From Burkholderiales bacterium (lineage in GTDB: Bacteria > Pseudomonadota > Gammaproteobacteria > Burkholderiales > Burkholderiaceae_C), in the NCBI GenBank assembly GCA_027484405.1, contig JAIXTA010000139.1, positions 3,930-67,929 on the forward strand: DNA of 64,000 nt, given 5' to 3'. Under the pieces are notes generated by a model that made no database searches, was not told where the DNA came from, and worked only from the letters and a program-made list of their open reading frames with translations. Numbering within the stretch: position 1 is the first letter of the stretch; each line of letters opens with the position of its first letter. The translations under genes and the position numbers were made by a program. This document shows, piece by piece, positions 19,940 to 28,967 of this stretch.

Positions 19940-22201
19940 ATGTTTCAACGCTCCGTTTTGAGCGCTGCGCTGGCTGCGGCCGGCCTGACGCTGTCCATCC
20001 CACTGCCCGCCCATGCCTGCGACTGCGGCATGGATGACGAACCGGCGCCGGCCAAGCCGGTCGCGACCCAGGCCGGCAAGGCCCGGCCGACGTCTTCCGC
20101 AAGCGCTGTGGCCGGCGCGTCCGCCACCACAATGGCTCTCGCCGCCACCGCTGCAAGCCAAGCGGCGCCCGCTGCCGCCGCGCAGGGGGCCTCGCCTGCC
20201 GCCCAGCTCGGCCGGGTCGAGGTGACCTCGCGCCGCGACAAGGACAAATCCACCCTCACGCAGCCGGATGTACGCACGGCGCGTGATCGCATCCAGACCA
20301 CGCCGGGCGGCGTGAGCGTGATGGATGCCGACAGCTACCGCGACGCCCGCGTCGCCAACCTGGCCGACGCCCTGGCCTTTGCACCCGGCGTGCTGGCGCA
20401 ACCGCGCTTCGGGGCCGAGGAAACGCGCCTGTCGATCCGCGGCAGCGGCCTGCAGCGCACCTTCCATGGCCGCGGCCTGAAGCTCATGCAGGACGGCGTG
20501 CCGATGAACCTGGCCGATGGCGGCTTTGACTTCCAGGCGATCGATGCCTTGTCTGCGCGCTACATCGAAGTCTGGCGCGGTGCCAACGCCCTGCAGTACG
20601 GCGCGGCCACCCTCGGCGGCGCGATCAACTTCGTCAGCCCCAATGGCTTCAACAGCGATGCCTTCAACGCCCGCCAGGAGCTGGGCAGCTTCGGCTACCG
20701 GCGCACGCTTGTATCGGGCGGCTATGCCGGGGAGCAGTTTGATGCCTATGTCGCTGCCAATCAGTTTGCGCAGGACGGTTTCCGCCGCCATGCGGTGCAG
20801 GACACCCGGCGCCTGTTTGCCAATCTGGGCTGGATGGTCGACCGCACCCTGGAGACCCGCTTCTACATCGGCTGGGCGGACAGCGATTCCGAGCTTCCCG
20901 GTTCCATCACCAAGGCGCAGCTGAATGCCGACCCCCGCGCTGCCAACCCGGCCAACATCACCGGCGACCAGAAGCGCGACATCCGCTGGACCCGCGTCTC
21001 CAACAAGACCGTGTGGGCACCGGATGCCCGGCAGCGCATGGAGGTGTTCTGGAGCGCATCGGACAAGAACCTGTTCCACCCGATCTTCCAGGTGATCGAC
21101 CAGAAGAACCGCGATGCCACCGCTGAGCTGCGCTACGTGAACAGTGCGCCGGTGTTCGGCCTGCCGCAGCGCGCCACCCTGGGCTACAACCCCGCGCGCG
21201 GCACCACGGACGAGGACCGCTGGGTGAATGTGGGCGGCCAGCGCGGCGCGCGCACCAACGCCAGCCGCCAGATTGCACGCACGGACGTGCTCTATGCCGA
21301 AAGCCAGTTGAGCGTGCTGCCCGCACTTCAGATCAGCGCCGGCCTCGCACGTGTGAGTGCGCGCCGCCAGCTGGAGGACCGCTTCATCGCCGGCACACCG
21401 GCCGATCCCGTGAGCGAAAGCTTCAACGTGCGCTACAGCGGCACCGTGCCCAAGCTGGGCGCGATCTACGCCCTGGGAAGTGACGCAAAAGCGGACATCC
21501 AGCTCTTCGGCAACTGGTCAGCCAGCTACGAGCCGCCGAGCTTTGGCGAACTCGCCGGTGGTCTGCGTCCGGTGATCACCCGGGCGCAGCGCGGCAAGAC
21601 CCTGGAGGTGGGCACGCGCGGCAGTGCAGCGCTCGGCAGCGGCACGCTGCAGTGGGACGTGGCGGCCTACGAGGCACGCATCACCGACGAACTGCTGCAG
21701 ATTGCCACCAACGTGGTCGGCGCCAGCATCACGGTCAATGCACCGCGCACCCTGCGCCGCGGCTTGGAGCTGGGTGTGGGCGGGCAGCATGGCGCGCTGG
21801 ACTGGCGCGCCGTGGCCACCCTGTCGCGCAACACCTTTGATGGTGATCCCGCCTACGGCAACCGCCCCCTGCCCGGCCTGCCGGAACGCACGGCACGCGT
21901 GGAGGCCGGCTGGCGCCTCAGCCCTGCCCTGCGCCTGAGCGCAAACGCCCAGCACGCCAGCGGCCAGGCGGTGGACTTTGCGCGCAGCTGGTTTGCCGAT
22001 GCCTACACCGTGTACGGCCTGCGTGTCGGAGGCGAACCCAACAAGCACTGGAAGTGGTTCATCGAGGGCCGCAACCTCGCCAACACCAAGTACGCCAGCA
22101 CCACCGGCGTGGTGCGCGACGCCGCCGGCCGCGACACCGCGCAGTTCCTGCCGGGCGACGGCCGGGCGGTGTACGCGGGCATCGAGTTCAAGTTCAACTG
22201 A
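19940..22201 (+). CDS. TonB-dependent outer-membrane receptor, probably copper/metal related
   Basis: Signal peptide ending AHA, TonB-box-like QLGRVEVTS, plug RLSIRGSG...QDGVP...GANALQYG...GGAINF, C-terminal GIEFKFN. Confidence 0.92.
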   Translation: MFQRSVLSAALAAAGLTLSIPLPAHACDCGMDDEPAPAKPVATQAGKARPTSSASAVAGASATTMALAATAASQAAPAAAAQGASPAAQLGRVEVTSRRDKDKSTLTQPDVRTARDRIQTTPGGVSVMDADSYRDARVANLADALAFAPGVLAQPRFGAEETRLSIRGSGLQRTFHGRGLKLMQDGVPMNLADGGFDFQAIDALSARYIEVWRGANALQYGAATLGGAINFVSPNGFNSDAFNARQELGSFGYRRTLVSGGYAGEQFDAYVAANQFAQDGFRRHAVQDTRRLFANLGWMVDRTLETRFYIGWADSDSELPGSITKAQLNADPRAANPANITGDQKRDIRWTRVSNKTVWAPDARQRMEVFWSASDKNLFHPIFQVIDQKNRDATAELRYVNSAPVFGLPQRATLGYNPARGTTDEDRWVNVGGQRGARTNASRQIARTDVLYAESQLSVLPALQISAGLARVSARRQLEDRFIAGTPADPVSESFNVRYSGTVPKLGAIYALGSDAKADIQLFGNWSASYEPPSFGELAGGLRPVITRAQRGKTLEVGTRGSAALGSGTLQWDVAAYEARITDELLQIATNVVGASITVNAPRTLRRGLELGVGGQHGALDWRAVATLSRNTFDGDPAYGNRPLPGLPERTARVEAGWRLSPALRLSANAQHASGQAVDFARSWFADAYTVYGLRVGGEPNKHWKWFIEGRNLANTKYASTTGVVRDAAGRDTAQFLPGDGRAVYAGIEFKFN

Positions 22202-22227
22202 TTCAACAGAGAGAAAGACGCCACATC

Positions 22228-22764
22228 ATGAAGACATCGCTCACCCTGGCCGCCGGTCTGCTGCTCGCGCTGCAGGCTCACGCCCACATCGTGCTCGAGC
22301 AGCGCACCGCCGAGGCCGGCAGCTACTACAAGGCCACCTTCATGCTCACGCATGGCTGTGACGGTTCACCGACGCGTGAGATCAAGGTCACGCTGCCCGA
22401 GGGCTTTCAGCGCGCCCGCCCGCAACCCAAGCCGGGCTGGACGCTGGAGACCCAGACCGAGAAGCTTGCCAAACCCTACGAGACCCATGGCAAGACCATC
22501 ACCGAAGACGTGCGCGTGGTCACCTGGCGCGGTGGCCCGCTGCTCGATGCGCACTACGACGAACTGATCATCATGGGCCGCCTGCCGGCGACGCCGGGCA
22601 AGATCTACTTCAAGGTGGAGCAGGTATGCGAGAAGGGCCGGCACGACTGGGTGGCGATTCCCGAGCCGGGCAAGACCATCCGCGACTACAAGGAGCCGGC
22701 CGCAGAGCTGACGCTCACGCCGCGCGCCGAGGCGGCTGCAACGCCGGCCCGAAAGCAGGAATAG
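22228..22764 (+). CDS. YcnI/DUF1775-family periplasmic copper-binding protein
   Basis: Signal peptide AHA then HIVL, HGCDG, PQPKPGW, QVCEKG, W, EPA motifs. Confidence 0.88.
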   Translation: MKTSLTLAAGLLLALQAHAHIVLEQRTAEAGSYYKATFMLTHGCDGSPTREIKVTLPEGFQRARPQPKPGWTLETQTEKLAKPYETHGKTITEDVRVVTWRGGPLLDAHYDELIIMGRLPATPGKIYFKVEQVCEKGRHDWVAIPEPGKTIRDYKEPAAELTLTPRAEAAATPARKQE

Positions 22765-22772
22765 CAGAAAAA

Positions 22773-22871
22773 GGCCGAAATCAGTCTATTTTTCAATGGA
22801 TGATTCGGCCTTTTCGCTTTATCCATGAGCGCTTTGGGCCGAATCGGCTCTCTTCCGGAAATGGCCGAAAT
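22773..22871. repeat. AT-rich intergenic element bounded by GGCCGAAAT direct repeats
   Basis: GGCCGAAAT at 22773 and 22863; central CGCTTTATCCATGAGCG hairpin; lies between convergent genes. Confidence 0.55.
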
Positions 22872-22876
22872 TGTCC

Positions 22877-23791
22877 TCAATCCGCCTTGACAGGATCCAC
22901 GTGCGTCATCACGTTGAGCACCGGCAGCGCGTCCATGACCGCCTTGCGGGCGGCCAGCGCGATGTCGTGGCCCGTGCGCACGTTCAGGGTGTCAGCCACC
23001 TCGATGTGCACGTCCACCAGGATCATGTCGCCCACCCGACGCGTGCGCAGATCGTGCAGGCCGTGCACGCCTGGCGTGCCGCGGATGATGGCCTCGATGC
23101 GGCGGTTGTCCTCCTCGCTGGCCGAGCGGTCCATGAGGTCATGCAGCGCGTCCCAGGTGAATCGCCAGCCCATGCGCAGGATCATGAGCCCCACGATCAG
23201 CGCGGCAATCGGGTCCAGGATCGGGTAGCCGAGCAGGCTGCCGCCAATGCCGGCCAGCACCACCAGGCTGGAGGCCGCGTCAGACCGGGCGTGCCAGGCA
23301 TTGGCCACCAGCAGCGATGAGCGCACCCGCTTGGCCACGGCCAGCATGTAGCGGAACAGACCCTCCTTGGCCAGCAAGGCAATGCCCGCCACCCAGAGCG
23401 CCAGCGGCTGCACGGTGGCAATGGTGTGCGGCGCGGCCAGCTTGTTCACGCCGGCCCAGAGCATGCCGGCGGCCACGCCCAGCAGCAGCACGCCGATGAC
23501 GAGCGAGGCCGCGTTCTCGTAGCGGTGGTGGCCGTAGTGGTGGTCCTCGTCGGCCGCCTTGCCGCTGTGCCGGTTGGCGATCAGCACGACGAAGTCCGAC
23601 AGCAGGTCGGACAGGGAGTGCAGGGCATCGGCCACCAGGGCCTGCGAATGCGCCAGCAGGCCTGCAGTCAGCTGGCCTGCCGAGAGCACCAGGTTCACAC
23701 CCACGCTCACCCAGGTGCTGCGCTGGGCCGCAGCCTGGCGGGCACTGGGGTCGATTTCCGGATCGTCGTCGGGCAGGGCGGGCAGGGGCAT
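22877..23791 (-). CDS. Cation diffusion facilitator (FieF-like) metal transporter
   Basis: SQALVADALHSLSD, HHYGHHRYE, ANAWHARSD, HDLRTR, DVHIEV, GHDI. Confidence 0.92.
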   Translation of the reverse strand: MPLPALPDDDPEIDPSARQAAAQRSTWVSVGVNLVLSAGQLTAGLLAHSQALVADALHSLSDLLSDFVVLIANRHSGKAADEDHHYGHHRYENAASLVIGVLLLGVAAGMLWAGVNKLAAPHTIATVQPLALWVAGIALLAKEGLFRYMLAVAKRVRSSLLVANAWHARSDAASSLVVLAGIGGSLLGYPILDPIAALIVGLMILRMGWRFTWDALHDLMDRSASEEDNRRIEAIIRGTPGVHGLHDLRTRRVGDMILVDVHIEVADTLNVRTGHDIALAARKAVMDALPVLNVMTHVDPVKAD

Positions 23792-23801
23792 GGGTGTCGG
23801 C

Positions 23802-24365
23802 TCAGCGGTCCACGTCGCCCACGGCGGCGGCGCGCTTGCGTCCGGTAATCATTGCACGCACCAGGTTCTCGCCGTGCTGCCAGCTCGAAAGGATGACACC
23901 CCCGACATGCAGCCCGGCCAGGACCAGCAGCCCGCTGGCGGCGGCCTCATGCACCTCCTCGAGCCATTCGTCGCCGAAGAAGCGGTCCAGGGTCATCATC
24001 CAGCCGGTGCCGGCCGTGACCGCGAGTGCCAGCAGCAGGGCCATGATCATCCACGCGCCCAGCGGGTTGTGGCCCACGTAGCGCGGTGCACGCCCCTGCA
24101 GCACCTGCGTGCCGTACTGCAGGGTGGTGCCCGGCCCGCGCAGGAACTGCGTGAACCGGGCGTAGCGCGAGCCGATCAGACCCCAGATCAGGCGCAGGCC
24201 CACGGCGGCCGCAATGACGTAGCCGATCGGCTCGTGCAGCGGCCGCCCGGCCTCGCTCGTGATCCACGCGGCCGCCACGCCGGCCACCAGGGCCCAGTGA
24301 ATGACTCGAACCAGCGGGTCCCAGACCCGGTGCTGCGCGCTTGCGCCTGTGGATTGCGTCTGCAT
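23802..24365 (-). CDS. Cytochrome b/b6-domain (b561-like) membrane protein
   Basis: VWDPLVRVIHW, LHEPIGY, GHNPLG, EEVHE, LHVGG haem-ligand His pattern. Confidence 0.88.
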   Translation of the reverse strand: MQTQSTGASAQHRVWDPLVRVIHWALVAGVAAAWITSEAGRPLHEPIGYVIAAAVGLRLIWGLIGSRYARFTQFLRGPGTTLQYGTQVLQGRAPRYVGHNPLGAWMIMALLLALAVTAGTGWMMTLDRFFGDEWLEEVHEAAASGLLVLAGLHVGGVILSSWQHGENLVRAMITGRKRAAAVGDVDR

Positions 24366-24398
24366 GAGCGTGCTCCTGAATGGGGATGGACGGGCCGA

Positions 24399-24668
24399 TC
24401 AGCCTCTGGGCTTGACCACTTCGAGCGTCTTGGGGTGGTAGTACTGCTCGATCTGCTTGCCCTTGGCATCGGTGCCATAGACCTCGTAGCAGCCGTCCTC
24501 GACCTTGATGCGCTTGACCTTGACACCGTCGGCACTGAGCTTCTTCTCGAGGGCTTCCTTGGGCTGCCACTGGTCCTTGGGGCCGGCCTGACATTTGTCA
24601 GAGGCCGATGCGGCAAAGCTCGCACACAATGCAAGGGTCACAGCAGACAGGGTGATGATGCGCTTCAT
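24399..24668 (-). CDS. PepSY-domain secreted protein
   Basis: Signal peptide; KC..GPKDQWQP; IKVEDGCYEVYGTDAKG; YYHPKTLEVV. Confidence 0.85.
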   Translation of the reverse strand: MKRIITLSAVTLALCASFAASASDKCQAGPKDQWQPKEALEKKLSADGVKVKRIKVEDGCYEVYGTDAKGKQIEQYYHPKTLEVVKPRG

Positions 24669-24723
24669 GATGGATGTCCTTTCGTGAGGGGCGTTGAAGG
24701 CAGATGCAGTGTGGGATGGCGCC

Positions 24724-24740
24724 CTGAACCGAAGCTGAAT
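24724..24740. promoter_or_regulatory. OmpR-family tandem direct repeat (CTGAA-N6-CTGAA) in the divergent PepSY/response-regulator promoter
   Basis: CTGAACCGAAGCTGAAT, 11-bp period; on the minus strand TTCAG-N6-TTCAG, resembling QseB/PmrA/BqsR-type boxes. Confidence 0.45.
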
Positions 24741-24813
24741 CGCCACCGACCTGCCTGCGCCCTCGTTCATCCTCTGTTCAGACTGGGCGGCCTGCGGACG
24801 CAAGAATCCAACC

Positions 24814-25482
24814 ATGCAGATCCTGCTTCTCGAAGACGACATCGACCTGGGCCAGGCCGTGGCCGAGCACCTGGAAGACGCCGGTCATGGCGTGCACTGG
24901 GTCAAGCGCCTTGCGCATGCGGCCGAGTGGCTACAGACGCACGTGCCGGACCTGCTGCTGCTCGACCTCGGCCTGCCTGACGGCGACGGGCTGGCGGCCC
25001 TGGCGCGCTGGCGTCAGACCGGGATGAGACTGCCCGCGCTGGTGCTCACGGCCCGCGTGCAGGTGGCCGACCGGATTGCCGGACTGCAGGCTGGCGCCGA
25101 CGACTACCTCGTCAAGCCCTTCGACCTTGATGAGCTGCTGGCCCGCATCGAGGCCGTGATGCGACGCAGCGCGCCATCTGCCCCGGCTGCCGATGGACTG
25201 CGTCTGGATGCGGCGCGGCGCTGCGCCCTGCGCGGCGACGAGACCATCGAGCTGACCGCCATGGAGTGGGCCGTGCTCGATCGCATGACCCGACACCCCG
25301 GGCGCGTGTTCAGCCGCGCGGACCTCGAGGACGGCCTGATCGATGCCGGTCTGTCGGATTCGCAGAGCAATTCGCTGGAGGTGATCATCAGCCGTTTGCG
25401 CAAGAAGCTGGGGACACAGACGATTCGTACCCTGCGGGGCCTTGGCTACCGATATGCCCCAGAGGATGAGGCCCCGGAATGA
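24814..25482 (+). CDS. OmpR-family response regulator (QseB/BqsR-like)
   Basis: LLLEDD, LDLGLPDGDG, GADDYLVKPF, SNSLEVIISRLRKKLG, TLRGLGY. Confidence 0.9.
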   Translation: MQILLLEDDIDLGQAVAEHLEDAGHGVHWVKRLAHAAEWLQTHVPDLLLLDLGLPDGDGLAALARWRQTGMRLPALVLTARVQVADRIAGLQAGADDYLVKPFDLDELLARIEAVMRRSAPSAPAADGLRLDAARRCALRGDETIELTAMEWAVLDRMTRHPGRVFSRADLEDGLIDAGLSDSQSNSLEVIISRLRKKLGTQTIRTLRGLGYRYAPEDEAPE

Positions 25483-26768
25483 GCAGCGGCAGCATCGAAC
25501 GGGCCATTCGCTGGCGGCTGCTCAGCGCACTTGCAGCCCTGTGGCTGTCGGCCAGCGCGCTGGCGGCCCTTGCGCTCTGGCACGAAACCGGCGAGGTCCT
25601 GGACAGCGCCCTCACGGAGACCGCGCAGCGCCTGCTGGTCATGCCGATGCCGCACAGCAGCGAGGATGACGAGGTGCTGGTTGCCGAGGTCGGCGAGCAT
25701 GAGGAGTACGTGATCTATCAGCTTTTCGACACCCGTGGCCGCTTGCGCCTGCGCTCGCATCAGGCACCGGACAGCCCGCTGGCCGCTGGGCTTGCCGACG
25801 GCATGCACGAAGCGGCCGGGCGCCGTCTGGCGGTCGTGACGCGTGACGATGGCCGCCGCCGCGCCGTTGTGGCTGAACCCGTCAGTCACCGCTACGCCAC
25901 CCTGCGCAGCAGCGTGCTCGCCCTGGTGCTGCCCCTGCTGCTGCTGCTGCCGATTGCCGCCGCGCTGCTGAGCCTCGCCCTGCGCCGCGGCCTGGCCCCG
26001 CTGCGCGCCCTGGGCGCGGAACTCGATGCGCGCGAGCCCCATCAGCTGTCGCCGCTCAAACTCATCGACGCCAGCAGCGAACTCGAACCGGTCCGCCGAT
26101 CCATCAATGCGCTGCTCGAACGTGTGGGTCGCCTGCTGCAGGCCGAGCAGGCCTTTGCAGCACAAGCCGCCCATGAGCTGCGCACGCCGCTGGCCGCTGC
26201 GCGCGCGCAGGCGCAGCGCTTGGGTGCGCTGCTGCATGCAGGAAGCGCTGAAGCCGACAAGCTCGCGCGCCTGCAGATCCAGCTTGATCGCCTGGAACGC
26301 CTGGCGCTGCGCCTGCTCGACACTGCCCGCGTCCGCGGAACGGGCAGCCTGCGCCGCGAGCCGCTCGATCTGGTGGCGCTTGCGAAGCTCTGCGCCGCGG
26401 AACTCGGCACACAGGCCGAGCCGGTGCATCTGGAACTGCATGCCGCGCACGCGCCCATCGAGGGCGATCCCGACATGATCCTGATCGCCCTGCGCAACCT
26501 CATCGACAACGCGCGGCGCCATGGCCGGCCGCCCGTCAGTCTGCACGTCACCGAACGCTCCATCGGCGTGCGCGACCAGGGCACGGGCATCGACCCCGAC
26601 GACCTCCAGCGCCTGACGCAGCCCTTCGTGCGTGATGGCGCGCCCGACGCAGGGCACGGACTGGGCTTGAGTCTTGTGGCCGACATTGCCCGCGCGCATG
26701 GTGCAGTACTCGGCGCGACCCAGCTGGGCAGCGAGAGTGAGGTGCAGCTCGTCTGGCCCCCTGCCTGA
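25479..26768 (+). CDS. Sensor histidine kinase (QseC/BqsS-like)
   Basis: Two TM helices, acidic periplasmic loop, AAHELRTPL, NLIDNA, DQGTG, GHGLGL. 4-bp overlap with the response regulator. Confidence 0.9.
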   Translation: MSSGSIERAIRWRLLSALAALWLSASALAALALWHETGEVLDSALTETAQRLLVMPMPHSSEDDEVLVAEVGEHEEYVIYQLFDTRGRLRLRSHQAPDSPLAAGLADGMHEAAGRRLAVVTRDDGRRRAVVAEPVSHRYATLRSSVLALVLPLLLLLPIAAALLSLALRRGLAPLRALGAELDAREPHQLSPLKLIDASSELEPVRRSINALLERVGRLLQAEQAFAAQAAHELRTPLAAARAQAQRLGALLHAGSAEADKLARLQIQLDRLERLALRLLDTARVRGTGSLRREPLDLVALAKLCAAELGTQAEPVHLELHAAHAPIEGDPDMILIALRNLIDNARRHGRPPVSLHVTERSIGVRDQGTGIDPDDLQRLTQPFVRDGAPDAGHGLGLSLVADIARAHGAVLGATQLGSESEVQLVWPPA

Positions 26769-26961
26769 CTGCCGCTGCAGACCGCGCTGCCCCACATGCA
26801 GTGCGCTGGATCAGTGCAACTACACGCATGCATGTAGTGCGGGCACTGCGCACACCCCCGGGCAATCGAGAGTTGGGGGAGCGCCGAACCCCACCTACCA
26901 TCGGCGCCGGCTGATGTCGCCCCACAGCCTGTCTTCTGCTCTTCCACTTCACTGTTCTTCC

Positions 26962-28923
26962 ATGCGCTCATCGTCTCTGTCCGCTTTCCTTCACTTGATG
27001 CTTGTGCTCTTGCTCGCCTCGGGCACGGCACTCGCACAGCCTGCGCCTGCGCCGGCGGCCGCCCAGGCCCCCAGCCTCCAAGCCCTGTTCCGCGAGCCCG
27101 CGCTGAAGTCCGCCACCCTCTCGCCCACGGGCACGCATGTGGCGCTGGTTCTGGGCGAGGCGGCAGACAACGACCGTCTCGTGGTCATCGACCTGGCGAG
27201 CATGAAGCCCACGCTGTCACTGCTGTCCGACGGCATGGAGATGAGCTATGTGACCTGGTCGAGCGAGCGTCGTCTGGTGTACATCCTGCAGCCACCCATC
27301 ACCGCCGCGTCCGACATGCAGCTGGGCGGCAAGATGGCTGCCATCGACTTCGACGGCAGCAACCGGCGCGACAACTTCAGCCGGGCCTATGTGCAGAGGC
27401 TGCTTACCCGCCCCGGCCCGCGCCCCAACGAAGTCTTCGGCACCGTGGATGAGGCCACCGGCCGCGGCGAGGCGGACTACACGAATCTGTACACGGTCGA
27501 CACGGTGGGCGGGCACCGGCGCGACGTCGATACGCCGCGACGCAGCACCGACTGGGTCTTCGACAGCAGCGGCGAGATCCTGGCCGCCACCCGCCGCGAC
27601 GGCACCGACACGGTCATGATGGTGCGCGCGCCGGGCGGCAGCTGGCGCGACGTGCACCGCAACGGCCTGCTCAACAGCAACGCCATCTACCCGCAGCACA
27701 TCACCCCGCTGGGCGAACTGATTGTCACGAGCAACATCGGCCGCGAGCACTTCGGGCTGTTCACCTTCGACGTGACACGCGGCAAGCTGGCGGACAAGCC
27801 CATCCTGAGCAGCGACCGCTTCGACATCGACGCGCGCTTTGTCGAGACCCGCGGCGAGCTGGTGGGCATCCACTACCTGACGGATCGGCCGACCACGCTC
27901 TGGCTCAAGCCGGAGCTGCAGCAGCTGCAGGCCCGCGTGGACGCCGCCCTGCCCGGCCAGTTCAACCGCATCCACATGCCGCCCAGACCCGCGACGGACT
28001 TCATGCTGGTGCGCAGCAGCTCAAGCACCCAACCCGACCAGTGGTTCGTGCTGGACGCCAAGAGCGGCAAGATCACCGCCCGCCTGGGCAATGCCCTGCC
28101 CGAGGTCAATGCACGCGCACTGGCCCCCACGCGTCTGGTGCAGTTCAAGGCGCGCGACGGCATGGACATTCCTGCCTGGCTGACCCTGCCGCGCGATCTG
28201 CCCGCCGGCGGGCCGCCGCCACTGGTCGTGCTGGTTCACGGCGGCCCCTGGGTGCGCGGCAGCGACGGTGACTGGGACAGCGAAGTGCAGTTCCTCGCCT
28301 CGCGCGGCTATGCCGTGCTGCAGCCCGAGTTCCGCGGCAGCGCCGGCTTCGGGCGCACGCACTTCTCGGCGGGCGTGAAGCAATGGGGCCTGAGCATGCA
28401 GACGGATCTGGAAGACGCCGCCCGCTGGGCCGTGTCCCAAGGTCATGCCGATGCCAAGCGCGTCTGCATCGCAGGGGCCAGCTACGGCGGCTACGCCGCG
28501 CTGATGGGTGTGGCCACGCAAGGCGACACCTTCCGCTGCGCCGTGAGCTGGGTGGGGCCCACCGATCTGCCCTACATGTTCGTCAAGGGCGTGGGTGACG
28601 CCTCCGAGGTGGCACGCCGCTTCGGCATGCCGCAACTGGTCGGCGACCCGAAGGCCGACGCGGACCAGCTGCGCCGGACCTCGCCGGCGAATCTCGCCAG
28701 CCAGATCAAGCGCCCGGTTCTGCTCGCCTACGGCCAGCACGACTGGCGCGTGCCCATCGAACACGGCGAACGGATGCGCGATGCGCTTGAACGCGCCGGC
28801 AACCCGGCGCAGTGGATTCTCTACCGCGACGAGGCGCACGGCTGGAGCAAGGCTGCCAATCGGGTGGACTTCTGGAGCAAGGTCGAGCGCTTCCTGGACG
28901 TGAACTTGAAGAACGCGCGCTGA
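26962..28923 (+). CDS. Secreted S9-family (prolyl oligopeptidase/acylaminoacyl) peptidase
   Basis: Signal peptide, VHGGP, GASYGGY nucleophile, DWRV, EAHG. Start uncertain (26962 or 26998). Confidence 0.88.
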   Translation: MRSSSLSAFLHLMLVLLLASGTALAQPAPAPAAAQAPSLQALFREPALKSATLSPTGTHVALVLGEAADNDRLVVIDLASMKPTLSLLSDGMEMSYVTWSSERRLVYILQPPITAASDMQLGGKMAAIDFDGSNRRDNFSRAYVQRLLTRPGPRPNEVFGTVDEATGRGEADYTNLYTVDTVGGHRRDVDTPRRSTDWVFDSSGEILAATRRDGTDTVMMVRAPGGSWRDVHRNGLLNSNAIYPQHITPLGELIVTSNIGREHFGLFTFDVTRGKLADKPILSSDRFDIDARFVETRGELVGIHYLTDRPTTLWLKPELQQLQARVDAALPGQFNRIHMPPRPATDFMLVRSSSSTQPDQWFVLDAKSGKITARLGNALPEVNARALAPTRLVQFKARDGMDIPAWLTLPRDLPAGGPPPLVVLVHGGPWVRGSDGDWDSEVQFLASRGYAVLQPEFRGSAGFGRTHFSAGVKQWGLSMQTDLEDAARWAVSQGHADAKRVCIAGASYGGYAALMGVATQGDTFRCAVSWVGPTDLPYMFVKGVGDASEVARRFGMPQLVGDPKADADQLRRTSPANLASQIKRPVLLAYGQHDWRVPIEHGERMRDALERAGNPAQWILYRDEAHGWSKAANRVDFWSKVERFLDVNLKNAR

Positions 28924-28967
28924 GCAAACACGCGCCGGTTGCAGGCGCGACGTAAGACAATCGGGGC

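Noticed and set aside
19940-20030. TonB receptor as a lipoprotein (Cys at +1)
   Set aside because: A-H-A-C does not fit the lipobox [LVI][ASTVI][GAS]C. AHA is a typical signal peptidase I site.
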